Counted from the stretch's first letter, positions 44,255 to 53,184 are shown. The stretch is DNA of 56,039 nucleotides from Candidatus Levyibacteriota bacterium (GCA_003173895.1 PJMG01000003.1:1-56039), one strand, 5' to 3'. Numbers and translations: made by a program. Notes: generated from the sequence alone by a model not told the origin.

Positions 44255-45472
44255 CTACTGTTTTAATTCTATTTCAAACTTATTCCATTTTTTAAAAGCT
44301 TTATAAATTGGCAGAATATTTAAAAAATACCAAAAAACTACTAATTGCTGCATGACCCAAGCTAAAAATCCACTAATTTGAATTTTATCTAAAATTTGTG
44401 CCACAGCAAATCTTCCTTTCAAAGGCACGATATAACCTAAATGAATTATTTTATATTTCTTAAGAGGCTTATTTAAAACTAAATTAATAATATTTTCTCC
44501 TACGATTTTTCCCATGTCTTCAGCTACTTCCGCCACTCCTGGAGGAGATTTTTGTGTCATTTTATCAATGAAAGCTGCGATATCGCCAGCAGCAAAAATA
44601 TTACTCAGATCTTCTACCTGTAAATAATCATTTACTATAATCTGACCATGATTATTAACGGGTAAATTTGACACTGAAGCTATATGATTGGCTGCGACAC
44701 CTCCTGTCCAAATAAGAATGTCGTAATCAAAAGCATTTCCTGTATCCGTAAAAACTTTATCTTTAGTTACTTTTTTAATATGCCCGCCAAAAAGATAATG
44801 GACATTTGGACCAGAAACTCTTTTCTCCGCCACTTCAGAAACCTTAGGATCCAGTTCACTTAATAAATGATTTGAGCGTTGAAGTATAGAAATATCCAGA
44901 CAATTTGGATCTAAATGATTCTGAGTGGCTAATTTATCTTTGTACATTAAAAGTTCTCCTGCTAATTCAGTTCCAGAGAAACTTCCACCGCCTATTATAA
45001 CTTTAGTTTTTTTATTACATTTTCCTTCTTCGCAGCACGTAGACTTGATTTGATCACGAATTTTTACAGCATCTTCTAATGTTTTAAGTGGCATACTATA
45101 TTTTTCCAATCCTTCTATATTCATAAAAGAAGGTTCACTACCTAAAGCGATAATGAGATAATCATACTTAATTCCCATTTCTGCTTGAGGTTCTAAATTT
45201 AACTTTATTTGTACTATTTGTTTGGTTGAATCAATTTTTTCTACATTTGCTTGTATCAAATTTATTTTATTTCCAAATATCTCTGAATAGGGAATGGCTA
45301 CGTTTTTCATAGGTTCCTCAGAAGTTGCGACTTCATAAAGCGAAGGATGAAAAGTTTGAAAATTATCTTTATCCACTAAGGTAATTTCTGTATCTTTTAA
45401 ATTAGCTTTTATTAATTCTAATCCGACCCTAATGCCAGCAAATCCTCCACCCAGAATAACGACATTTTTCAT
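44255..45472 (-). CDS. NAD(P)/FAD-dependent oxidoreductase (NDH-2 type)
   Basis: VVILGGGFAGI and IIGGGSFSGTE dinucleotide folds, AAGDIA. Confidence 0.8.
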   Translation of the reverse strand: MKNVVILGGGFAGIRVGLELIKANLKDTEITLVDKDNFQTFHPSLYEVATSEEPMKNVAIPYSEIFGNKINLIQANVEKIDSTKQIVQIKLNLEPQAEMGIKYDYLIIALGSEPSFMNIEGLEKYSMPLKTLEDAVKIRDQIKSTCCEEGKCNKKTKVIIGGGSFSGTELAGELLMYKDKLATQNHLDPNCLDISILQRSNHLLSELDPKVSEVAEKRVSGPNVHYLFGGHIKKVTKDKVFTDTGNAFDYDILIWTGGVAANHIASVSNLPVNNHGQIIVNDYLQVEDLSNIFAAGDIAAFIDKMTQKSPPGVAEVAEDMGKIVGENIINLVLNKPLKKYKIIHLGYIVPLKGRFAVAQILDKIQISGFLAWVMQQLVVFWYFLNILPIYKAFKKWNKFEIELKQ

Positions 45473-45508
45473 AGGCTAATTATACTTTGGATTGATTTAT
45501 AAGTCTAG

Positions 45509-46165
45509 TTATACTCCAAGTAGGTTCCTAGTGAAGTTAAAAATAGTAAAAATTAAGTTTTGAAGTGAAAAGCCCCCAATAGGGAAGAGTAAAAGAAAAA
45601 GAATAAGCATAGGTCCTATAGCGCCAATAGATAAATAAGCTCTAGCTTCTCGATCAGGTAAAATCAGAGAGAAAACTTTAGATCCATCTAAAGGTGGAAT
45701 TGGTAATAAGTTAAAGATGGCTAATAAAATATTGTACTGAGCAATAGTTAAAAATAAATAATATGAAAAGCCTAAAATTATACCTAGAAATTGGTTAGAA
45801 GCAGATCCGAATAGTGGGAGAATGTGCATTATTATTGAAGCGATAATGGCTAGTAAAACATTAGTTAAAGGTCCAGCTAAAGCCACCAGTGCTATATCTT
45901 TTCTACCTTCTTTTAGGTTAAATTCATCAATAGGCACAGGTTTTGCTCCTCCAAATATTACTGGTGAACCTGAAATTATAAGCAGTAATGGCACTAAAAT
46001 ACTAAAAACTGGGTCAATATGCTTTAATGGGTTTAAAGTTAAGCGTCCTGCCAATCTAGCTGTTGGATCACCTAATTTATCAGCTACCCAGCCATGAGCG
46101 ACTTCATGTAAAATGGCTGAAAAAACTAAAATAATAAGACCTAAAATGATGGTTAAAATATTCAT
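45509..46165 (-). CDS. site-2 protease family (M50) membrane metalloprotease
   Basis: HEVAHGW HExxH motif in a TM segment; LLPIPPLDG. Confidence 0.75.
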   Translation of the reverse strand: MNILTIILGLIILVFSAILHEVAHGWVADKLGDPTARLAGRLTLNPLKHIDPVFSILVPLLLIISGSPVIFGGAKPVPIDEFNLKEGRKDIALVALAGPLTNVLLAIIASIIMHILPLFGSASNQFLGIILGFSYYLFLTIAQYNILLAIFNLLPIPPLDGSKVFSLILPDREARAYLSIGAIGPMLILFLLLFPIGGFSLQNLIFTIFNFTRNLLGV

Positions 46166-46220
46166 AATAAATCTCCGAAGTGTTGTAAATCCATTCTCAT
46201 TCTAGTATAATTACTCTACT

Positions 46221-46430
46221 ATGGCAATGCGATGTATAAATTGTAACAAAGGATCTATGTGGGGACATAATGTTTCTCATGCTAAAAATAGAACTAATAG
46301 AGTTTTTAGACCAAATCTCCATGTAGCTAGAATTAAAGTTGGTAGTGTTTCTAAAAAAGTTAAACTTTGCACAAAGTGTTTAAGGATGGTTAAAAAAGCC
46401 GCTAAAGAATCTCCCACTAAAGCTTCTTAA
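46221..46430 (+). CDS. rpmB: 50S ribosomal protein L28
   Basis: C..C.KG...G..VSHA.NRT.R.F.PNL; TATAAT lies 9 nt before the ATG. Confidence 0.85.
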   Translation: MAMRCINCNKGSMWGHNVSHAKNRTNRVFRPNLHVARIKVGSVSKKVKLCTKCLRMVKKAAKESPTKAS

Positions 46431-46441
46431 TTAGAGTTGTT

Positions 46442-46945
46442 TTATCTACCCCTAATATTAGTAGTTGATATGCTTGATAATAAGTTAAATTGATCATTTT
46501 TTTGGCAGATACCTATTTTAACTAAAACTGGTAGATTTTTATCTCCAAATTTAATATCTTGCATTCTGATAAAGTATATTCTAAGTGCATCGTGTTTTAT
46601 ATAATAAATACTTTGATCACTGTTAGGATACTGTAGAGTATCAAAACCTTTATTATTATTTTCTAAAAAATGTAAGATACCCTTATAGAAAATTCTATTT
46701 AAATCTTGCCTTCCTGAACTTTGATTAGCTTTTTCTGCTAAATTTATGAGTTTGCCTCTTACTGCACTACCAATATAAGCTTGTTTTCCATTGCTAAAAG
46801 TAGCAAGTTGCAAATAGCTAGGAGATTGTAAATCGTTGGAATTTAACCAAGGGAAAGTTTCTTCAGTTAAATTAATAGCATAATCTGTCTTTTCTACATT
46901 AATAATGCCATAAGGTAAAAAATTTTCTCCTTCTCGTAATGCCAT
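46442..46945 (-). CDS. hypothetical protein (C-terminal part faintly RelE/Gp49-like)
   Basis: 167-aa ORF downstream of fmt; ALRIYFIRM...PVLVKIGICQKNDQ. Confidence 0.4.
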   Translation of the reverse strand: MALREGENFLPYGIINVEKTDYAINLTEETFPWLNSNDLQSPSYLQLATFSNGKQAYIGSAVRGKLINLAEKANQSSGRQDLNRIFYKGILHFLENNNKGFDTLQYPNSDQSIYYIKHDALRIYFIRMQDIKFGDKNLPVLVKIGICQKNDQFNLLSSISTTNIRGR

Positions 46946-46990
46946 GGCGCTATTATAAGATAAGGTAGTTGTATAATCAACACCAAGAAG

Positions 46991-47824
46991 TTAAGAGAGT
47001 TGTAGATTTTCCACTAAATCTTTTCCCCAACTATATCCATTAATAAAATCTTTAATACTCACAGGTTTTTTCCCTTCGATTTGAATTTTTTCATTGGGTA
47101 AAAACTTAATTCTTAATTCTTGATTTTTAATTCTATGAGTTGTCCAGACTCCAGGCCAGGGGAAATAAGCTCTTACCATGCTAGCAATTTGCAATTTACT
47201 CGAAAATTTAGCGTCTAAATTAATATACCCGCTTTCTCTATTTAAAGGTTTTGTATAAGTAGCGTCTGTATGATTTTGTGGTTCAGGAATTAACTCATCA
47301 GTTAAATATGTGGAAATTATATTAATAAGCATCTGTGAGCCAATAGTAAATAATCGAGTATATAAAGTGTCCGAGGTATCTGTGTCTAAAATGGGTTCTT
47401 CTTTTTGCCCTAAAATAGGTCCATGATCCATGTCACGATCTAATAGCATAACAGAAACTCCAGTTTTGTGGTCTCCGTTTAAAATAGCTGTTTGGACGGG
47501 AGTAGTGCCGCGATATTTAGGAAGTAGAGAAGGGTGGATATTAATAATGCCTTTAGGAAATAAATCTAAAAAACTTTGAGGAATTATCAGGCCAAATGAT
47601 GCGAGAACGGCAATAGGACAGTTTAAGGTTAAGAGCTTAGAGCTTAGAGTTTGATCGAGTTTATTAGTAGAGATATATTCTATATTATTTGCTTTAGAAT
47701 ATTTAACTACTGGATCTGAAGTTTCTTTTTCAGTAGTAACCACGAGTTTAAGATCAAAGTTTTGTTTAAGAACTTCTATGATAGGGATAACATACTTCCC
47801 AGAGCCAAAAAAAATAATATTCAT
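46991..47824 (-). CDS. fmt: methionyl-tRNA formyltransferase
   Basis: MNIIFFGSG, INIHPSLLPKYRG SLLP motif. Confidence 0.9.
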   Translation of the reverse strand: MNIIFFGSGKYVIPIIEVLKQNFDLKLVVTTEKETSDPVVKYSKANNIEYISTNKLDQTLSSKLLTLNCPIAVLASFGLIIPQSFLDLFPKGIINIHPSLLPKYRGTTPVQTAILNGDHKTGVSVMLLDRDMDHGPILGQKEEPILDTDTSDTLYTRLFTIGSQMLINIISTYLTDELIPEPQNHTDATYTKPLNRESGYINLDAKFSSKLQIASMVRAYFPWPGVWTTHRIKNQELRIKFLPNEKIQIEGKKPVSIKDFINGYSWGKDLVENLQLS

Positions 47825-47837
47825 AATTAATTTTCAC

Positions 47838-48002
47838 GGGGTCCTGCCAATTGTTTCCTTCCCAGCAGTGCTCGTTCATGATTATTCACTTGCGCGCTGG
47901 CGGGAGCCTCTTCGAGCCGATTCGTCCTGAGCTCACGGTCGAAGGATCTGAGCCTGAGGGTTCATCCCTCAGAGTCGAATGACCTCCTACAACTGTCACC
48001 CC
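47838..48002 (+). repeat. family B structured element (B5) between def and fmt, antisense to the operon
   Basis: GGGGTCCTGCCAATTGT...ACAACTGTCACCCC; carries a B1-type module plus a nested C-like unit (gtcctgagctcacggtcgaaggatc). Confidence 0.8.
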
Positions 48003-48021
48003 TTATTTGATTCTAATTTAA

Positions 48022-48600
48022 TTAAATTTTTATTTCCTCGAAAACTTCTTTTCCATCTTTCCCTCTTTTTAATTTATATAATTTACCTTTTTGCTCTAAG
48101 ACTCTTTTTGGAAATAAAACGCCCTGAAGATGGTCATATTCGTGTTGTAAAATAGTAGCGAAAAAGCCTCCAAATATATCTTCATGTTTTTCACCTTTTT
48201 CATTCAACCAAGTAAGTTTAACTTTGGGAGCTCTTTTAACCTCTCCCCAAATATCTTTAAGAGATAAGCAGCCTTCCAGTTGAGTTTCTTTCTTTTTTTT
48301 AGGGGACGTAGATTCGGAAGTAGTATTTAAGTTTGCTTGGGTTTTAGAAAGAGTTTCTTTTAATGGTTCTAATATAGGATTTATAAAAATTTGAAAGGGA
48401 GCTTTTTTACTCTCCTTAACGACAAAAATCTGCAAGGATTTATTTACTTGTGGAGCGGCCAAACCTACTCCTTCTGGGTCAAAAGTATGTTCAAGAGTAA
48501 ATTTCATTTCATTAATAAAATTTAAGATTTTTTTATCGATTTTTTTAATCCCTTCAGCTTGTTTGGATAAAACTTCATTTGGCGCTTGGATTATTTGCAT
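48022..48600 (-). CDS. def: peptide deformylase
   Basis: GVGLAAPQV, EGCLS, HEYDHL motifs; ~22-aa insertion before EGCLS. Confidence 0.9.
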   Translation of the reverse strand: MQIIQAPNEVLSKQAEGIKKIDKKILNFINEMKFTLEHTFDPEGVGLAAPQVNKSLQIFVVKESKKAPFQIFINPILEPLKETLSKTQANLNTTSESTSPKKKKETQLEGCLSLKDIWGEVKRAPKVKLTWLNEKGEKHEDIFGGFFATILQHEYDHLQGVLFPKRVLEQKGKLYKLKRGKDGKEVFEEIKI

Positions 48601-48656
48601 AAGGGAATTATACCAGAAAGCTAAATTAGATTAAAAGAAATTGATATAATCAAATT

Positions 48657-50060
48657 ATGCCAGAAATTGAAACTCAATTGACTAGTAAAAATATAGATCA
48701 TGTGGTCGGTGAAGCTTTTAATCTTTCACGAAGTTTATTAAATCATATAAGTGGTTCCGATATGAGAAAAATCATTGAAAAACGCCAGAGCTCTCAATCT
48801 TTTGAGCAAATGGCAGGTATGCTTATTTATTCAGCTTTAGAAGATTTAAGTAATAAGAAAAAAAATAAAGCTATTGAAGTAATTAATAAAGCAGAAGGAT
48901 TGGATCTTTTAACATTATCTTCTCAAGAAGATGGATTACATTTATTTATCCCAGTAAATGGTAGATTTTTTAATATAAATTTAGGAGAGAATAGAGAAAT
49001 AAATATTGACGATATTGATCATCTTAAATATTTAACCAGTCAAGCAAGTCAGTTTTTAAAAAATATTGATTCATTAACTATAAATACTACTAAAGACACA
49101 CTTATTACATTAGTAGAAAATCATAAATTTAAAAGTGAGTCAGCCGAGTTCCTAAAACGTAGAGAAGTAGTTTTCGTAGGTACGACCCAATATAGAAAGT
49201 TTTCATTAGAAGGAAATAATTCTGATAGCGTTAGAGGTGAAATTGCTTTAGATCAACTTAAAAAATTTAGAGAAGCGGGATTTCAAATAGTAATTATAGA
49301 CACTAAAAGCTCTAAAGAGTTTATTTTTAGACTAGAAGATATGGGTGTAAAAGTATTTAGCGAAGAAAATTTAAGTCTTAGTGGAGCAAACAGACAAGGT
49401 TTTGAGAAAGCTTCAGACTTAGGAGGAGCTAGATATATTATAAAAACTGAGGTGGAAAAGCCGTGGACTGTGGAGGATTTAGATAAATTGGTAGAACCAC
49501 TTCAAGAAGGTAAAGCTGAAATGGTAATTCCATCTCGCTGTCCAAATCCAAATAGTGAAAACCAACTGATCGAACTTTGCAATTATCCTCCTGTTCAAGC
49601 TCATTTTGAAGCTTTAGGAAATTTAGATATGAATAAAGCATTAAAAGAAAATAACTTATTAAGTCCTGATATTAATTTAGACTTATATAATGGTACAAGA
49701 GTCTTTATAAATAAAAGAGAAATTATAGATTTAATGTCCAAAAAACTCACTACTACTAAAACTGGTAATTGGTTATATGATGAGTTAACAACTTTAAATC
49801 CTAATTTAGAAGAAGACGTGAATTTTGGAATTCTGCAAGCTTATGATAGATGGTTTAATGCATTATTTGCTCCAGTGGCAGCTCTATTAGCAAATAAATA
49901 TAGAGTTTCTAGTGTAGAAATTCCTTATAGACATCCCGATGAACAAACTCAACTAGAAATAGGTAATAAAGGTTTTGATTCTAAAAGAATAGAGCAGTTC
50001 TTTAAAATAGTTGGTCCATTCGCAGATTATGTCAAATATTTACTAAGAAATAAAATCTAA
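48657..50060 (+). CDS. hypothetical protein, possible GT-A-fold glycosyltransferase-like core
   Basis: FQIVIIDTKSS ... GGARYIIKTEVEK resemble the nucleotide-binding/DXD region; weak. Confidence 0.35.
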   Translation: MPEIETQLTSKNIDHVVGEAFNLSRSLLNHISGSDMRKIIEKRQSSQSFEQMAGMLIYSALEDLSNKKKNKAIEVINKAEGLDLLTLSSQEDGLHLFIPVNGRFFNINLGENREINIDDIDHLKYLTSQASQFLKNIDSLTINTTKDTLITLVENHKFKSESAEFLKRREVVFVGTTQYRKFSLEGNNSDSVRGEIALDQLKKFREAGFQIVIIDTKSSKEFIFRLEDMGVKVFSEENLSLSGANRQGFEKASDLGGARYIIKTEVEKPWTVEDLDKLVEPLQEGKAEMVIPSRCPNPNSENQLIELCNYPPVQAHFEALGNLDMNKALKENNLLSPDINLDLYNGTRVFINKREIIDLMSKKLTTTKTGNWLYDELTTLNPNLEEDVNFGILQAYDRWFNALFAPVAALLANKYRVSSVEIPYRHPDEQTQLEIGNKGFDSKRIEQFFKIVGPFADYVKYLLRNKI

Positions 50061-50061
50061 T

Positions 50062-50664
50062 ATGATTAAAGCTATAATTTTTGATTTAGGGAATGTTCTT
50101 ATTGATGATCCAGAGCCACGCATGTATGGTTATTATGCCGAAAAATTAGGAATTGAAAGATCTCTTTTAGAAAAAACTGCTAAGAAAAATGCCATAAATT
50201 TACAAAAAGGTATAATTTCTGAGGCGGAACTTTGGGAAAGAGTAGCAGATGAATTAAATATAAATTTACCAGAGGATTATGTAGATATTTGGCTAGAGGG
50301 TTTTGTAAAAACTTTTTCAGAAAGAAAAGATGTATTTAAATTAGTAACAAAAGTTAAGAAAATGGGTTATAAAACTGCCATGCTTTCTAACACTGAAAAA
50401 CCCATCGCTTCTTTTATCAGAGCGCAGGATTATAAGGATTTTGATGTTTTTGTTTTCTCATGCGAAGTAGGAATGGTGAAACCTGAGAGTAATATTTATA
50501 AATATACGCTTAAGCAATTAGATGTAAAGGCTCAGGAAACAATATTCATAGATGATAGGGAAGAAAATATAGAAGGCGCGGAAAAACTAGGTATAAAGGG
50601 AATTTTATTTAAAGGTGTGGACAGTTTAAAGAGGAAATTAGATAGCTTCGGCATTAATTTTTAA
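50062..50664 (+). CDS. HAD-IA family hydrolase
   Basis: IIFDLGNVL motif I, LSNT motif II, FIDDREENI motif IV. Confidence 0.75.
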   Translation: MIKAIIFDLGNVLIDDPEPRMYGYYAEKLGIERSLLEKTAKKNAINLQKGIISEAELWERVADELNINLPEDYVDIWLEGFVKTFSERKDVFKLVTKVKKMGYKTAMLSNTEKPIASFIRAQDYKDFDVFVFSCEVGMVKPESNIYKYTLKQLDVKAQETIFIDDREENIEGAEKLGIKGILFKGVDSLKRKLDSFGINF

Positions 50665-50685
50665 TTTTCAATCATAAATTTTAAA

Positions 50686-50792
50686 TCGATGATTCGCCTG
50701 AAAGACGATTAGCCTTTGGCTAAAAATTTTAAAGATTAACATATTTAACAACTGGTTCGCAACGACGCTGTTTAAAATACACATCCGCGCGC
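50686..50792. repeat. composite repeat remnant (partial A-type 3' end, G-type fragment)
   Basis: cgctgtttaaaatacacatccgcgcgc resembles the A3 3' end; ttcgcaacgacg resembles the G right end. Confidence 0.45.
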
Positions 50793-50882
50793 TTTTATTG
50801 TTAAATAAAAATTGAAAAGATAAATTATATAAAATGCTTATTCTTCATTCTCATGGTGTATAATATCAGCGATAACTAACTC

Positions 50883-51956
50883 ATGAAAGATATAAATCCT
50901 AAAAATATAGATTTTAAAAAAATACTAGAAACCATGGCAGATGGAATTACAATTCAGGATAAAACTGGGAGAATTATTTTTGCTAATAAAGTTGCTGCTA
51001 AAATAAGCGGATTTACTACAGTAGAGGAATTTCTAAAAACATCGACACAGGAAATAGTTAAAAAATTTGATGGTAAAGATATAATAGGTAATGCATATAA
51101 CCTAGAAAATTTCCCAGGTAGACAAATTTTAAAAGGTAAAAATTATGCAGAAGATTTAGTAGGTTTTACATATACTAAAAAAAAGACTGAAAATTGGGCC
51201 ATTATTAAATCCACACCAATTAAAAAAAATGGTAAGTTAGAATTAGTAATTAATGTTTTCCATGATATAACAGAAGAGAAAAAAGAGGATCAGCAGCGCG
51301 ATGTTTTCATGGCGATGACTAGCCATGAATTAAAATCTCTTTTAACTAGTATTAAAGCATACGGTCAGCTTTTACAGAAAAGAGTGAAAGATGTTAATAA
51401 TTTAAATTATTTGGTAAGGTTGGATAATCAAGTTAATAAACTTACATCTTTTATCTTAGATTTACTTGATTTAAGTAGGATACAAGCAGGTACGTTTAAA
51501 TTAAATAAAGAAAAATTAAATATGGATAATTTATTTAAAGATATTATTTCTGATTTACAAATAACTACCATTAATAAAAAAATTGTTTTAAGAGGTGTAA
51601 TTGGTAAAGAAATATTAGCTGATAGAAGTAGAATTTCTGAGGTAATCGTAAATTTCATAAATAATGCTATAAAGTATGATCCCAATAGTAAGAAAATTAA
51701 TATTTTATTAAAAAAAGTTGGAGATCTAGTTAAAGTTAGTGTTACAGATTATGGAATAGGAATTAAAAAAAGTGATCAAAATAAAATATTTAATTTATTT
51801 TATCAATCAAATAGTAATAATTCCAGAAAGGAAGGTTTAGGTTTAGGACTTTATCTTTCTAAGAAAATTATCGAAGCACATGGGGGAAAGATTGGGGTAG
51901 AAAGTACATATGGTAAAGGGAGTACATTTTATTTCGAAATACCAATAACCTCTTAG
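50883..51956 (+). CDS. PAS-domain sensor histidine kinase
   Basis: PAS region, H-box MTSHELKS, N/G boxes (NAIKY, DYGIGI, GLGLGL). Confidence 0.85.
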   Translation: MKDINPKNIDFKKILETMADGITIQDKTGRIIFANKVAAKISGFTTVEEFLKTSTQEIVKKFDGKDIIGNAYNLENFPGRQILKGKNYAEDLVGFTYTKKKTENWAIIKSTPIKKNGKLELVINVFHDITEEKKEDQQRDVFMAMTSHELKSLLTSIKAYGQLLQKRVKDVNNLNYLVRLDNQVNKLTSFILDLLDLSRIQAGTFKLNKEKLNMDNLFKDIISDLQITTINKKIVLRGVIGKEILADRSRISEVIVNFINNAIKYDPNSKKINILLKKVGDLVKVSVTDYGIGIKKSDQNKIFNLFYQSNSNNSRKEGLGLGLYLSKKIIEAHGGKIGVESTYGKGSTFYFEIPITS

Positions 51957-52000
51957 TTTTTCTTACATTTCTCTTAATACTTTCTTATCCACTTTCCATG
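51957..52000 (+). promoter_or_regulatory. phased TTTC(T)TTA direct repeats, candidate OmpR-type response regulator (RR) binding sites
   Basis: ttttcttac atttctctta atactttcttat ccactttcca; repeats spaced about 10-12 nt; similar block at 52821-52853. Confidence 0.3.
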
Positions 52001-52059
52001 TGCTTGCTTTAAACTGCTTGAATAAATACTAATTTACTGGTAAGATCAACTGACAAATT

Positions 52060-52722
52060 ATGAATAAGATTTTAGTTATAGAAGATGATTTAGGAATTCA
52101 AGAGTATATAAAGGAACTTTTGGAAGAAAACTCATATTCTGTAATGGCGGCAGGTGATGGAATTAAAGCTTTAGAATTAATAAAAAAGTCTCCTTTTGAT
52201 TTAGTTGTTTTGGATTTGGGTTTACCTAAAATAACGGGAGAAGCTGTCTGTCGGGAAATTAGGAAGAAAAATCCCCATATCCCTATTATTATTCTAACAG
52301 GTAAAGATACGACTTCGGACATAGTAAATGGTCTAAATTTAGGAGCGGATGATTATATTACTAAACCTTTTGTCGCTGATATACTTTTAGCACGTATAAA
52401 AGCCAGACTCAGAAGTGATAAAGAGGTACTTTTAGTAGCTGATGATCTAACACTAAATACTCAAACTGTAGAAGTAACTCGAGATGATAAAAAAATAAAC
52501 CTTAGTCCTCATGAATTTAAACTTTTACAATATTTACTGAGTAATAAAGGTAGAGTTCTAAGTCGTGAAATGATTTTAAATAGAGTGTGGGAGTATTCTT
52601 ATGATGTGGATACGAGAGTAGTGGATGTGTATATTGGGTATTTAAGAAAAAAAATAGATTATGGTTTTAAGAAAAAACTTATTCAATCTGTTAGAGGCTT
52701 CGGATATGTAATTAAGGATTAA
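52060..52722 (+). CDS. OmpR/PhoB-family response regulator
   Basis: Receiver (DLVVLDLGLP, KP) plus winged-helix trans_reg_C (RGFGYVI). Confidence 0.9.
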   Translation: MNKILVIEDDLGIQEYIKELLEENSYSVMAAGDGIKALELIKKSPFDLVVLDLGLPKITGEAVCREIRKKNPHIPIIILTGKDTTSDIVNGLNLGADDYITKPFVADILLARIKARLRSDKEVLLVADDLTLNTQTVEVTRDDKKINLSPHEFKLLQYLLSNKGRVLSREMILNRVWEYSYDVDTRVVDVYIGYLRKKIDYGFKKKLIQSVRGFGYVIKD

Positions 52723-52760
52723 TTCTGAATGGATGATGTAATTAGATTAAGTATTTAATA

Positions 52761-52788
52761 CGATGTCGCGAGCGAAGCGTGGCGATCG
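52761..52788. repeat. solo family G end-like repeat
   Basis: cgatgtcgcgagcgaagcgtggcgatcg compares with cgtctttgcgagcaaagcacggcaatccg. Confidence 0.5.
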
Positions 52789-52820
52789 ATTTACTAAATT
52801 TATAATTCTTGTTTTTACCC

Positions 52821-52853
52821 ATTTCCTCTTACTCTTTCCTTACATTTCTATTA
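52821..52853 (+). promoter_or_regulatory. second block of phased TTTC..TTA repeats
   Basis: atttcctctta ctctttcctta catttctatta; shares cttacatttctNttaata with 51962-51979. Confidence 0.3.
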
Positions 52854-52914
52854 ATAGCTTTATATAAGAGTTAATTTACAATAATTAAATAAATTTTGGA
52901 GGTGAAATGAATAA

Positions 52915-53160
52915 ATGGTATTTTTATTATGGATAATTTTAGGAGTCATAACAGGTTGGTTATTTTTTAACTTTATAAAAATTTATCCTGTAGGTTTATT
53001 CACTGATATTACTTTAGGAATAGCAGGGGCTCTAGTTGGGGGATTAATTCTCATTTTATTTACAGGTACATTAATTACTTCTTTTAATATTTTAAGTTTA
53101 ATTATCTCAATGATTGGGGGAATTATATTAATAGGTTTTGGTAGACTATTATTTAGATAA
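52915..53160 (+). CDS. GlsB/YeaQ/YmgE family stress-response membrane protein
   Basis: GIAGALVGG motif, 81 aa, GGAGGTGA SD. Confidence 0.7.
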   Translation: MVFLLWIILGVITGWLFFNFIKIYPVGLFTDITLGIAGALVGGLILILFTGTLITSFNILSLIISMIGGIILIGFGRLLFR

Positions 53161-53184
53161 TTGTATAATACAAATAACCTTAAA

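Noticed and set aside
47634-47647. Tandem agcttag-agcttag inside fmt as another in-frame repeat insertion
   Set aside because: No sibling copy was found elsewhere in the window, and the encoded segment aligns plausibly with a normal variable Fmt loop.
48290-48350. ~22-aa insertion (KTQANLNTTSESTSPKKKKETQ) before the EGCLS motif of def as a repeat-derived insert
   Set aside because: The nucleotide sequence is not palindromic and matches none of the repeat families seen here. It is probably an ordinary lineage-specific loop.
363-52788. Possibility that the repeated elements form a CRISPR array
   Set aside because: The repeats are not regularly spaced, differ in length, are separated by whole genes, and no cas genes are present.
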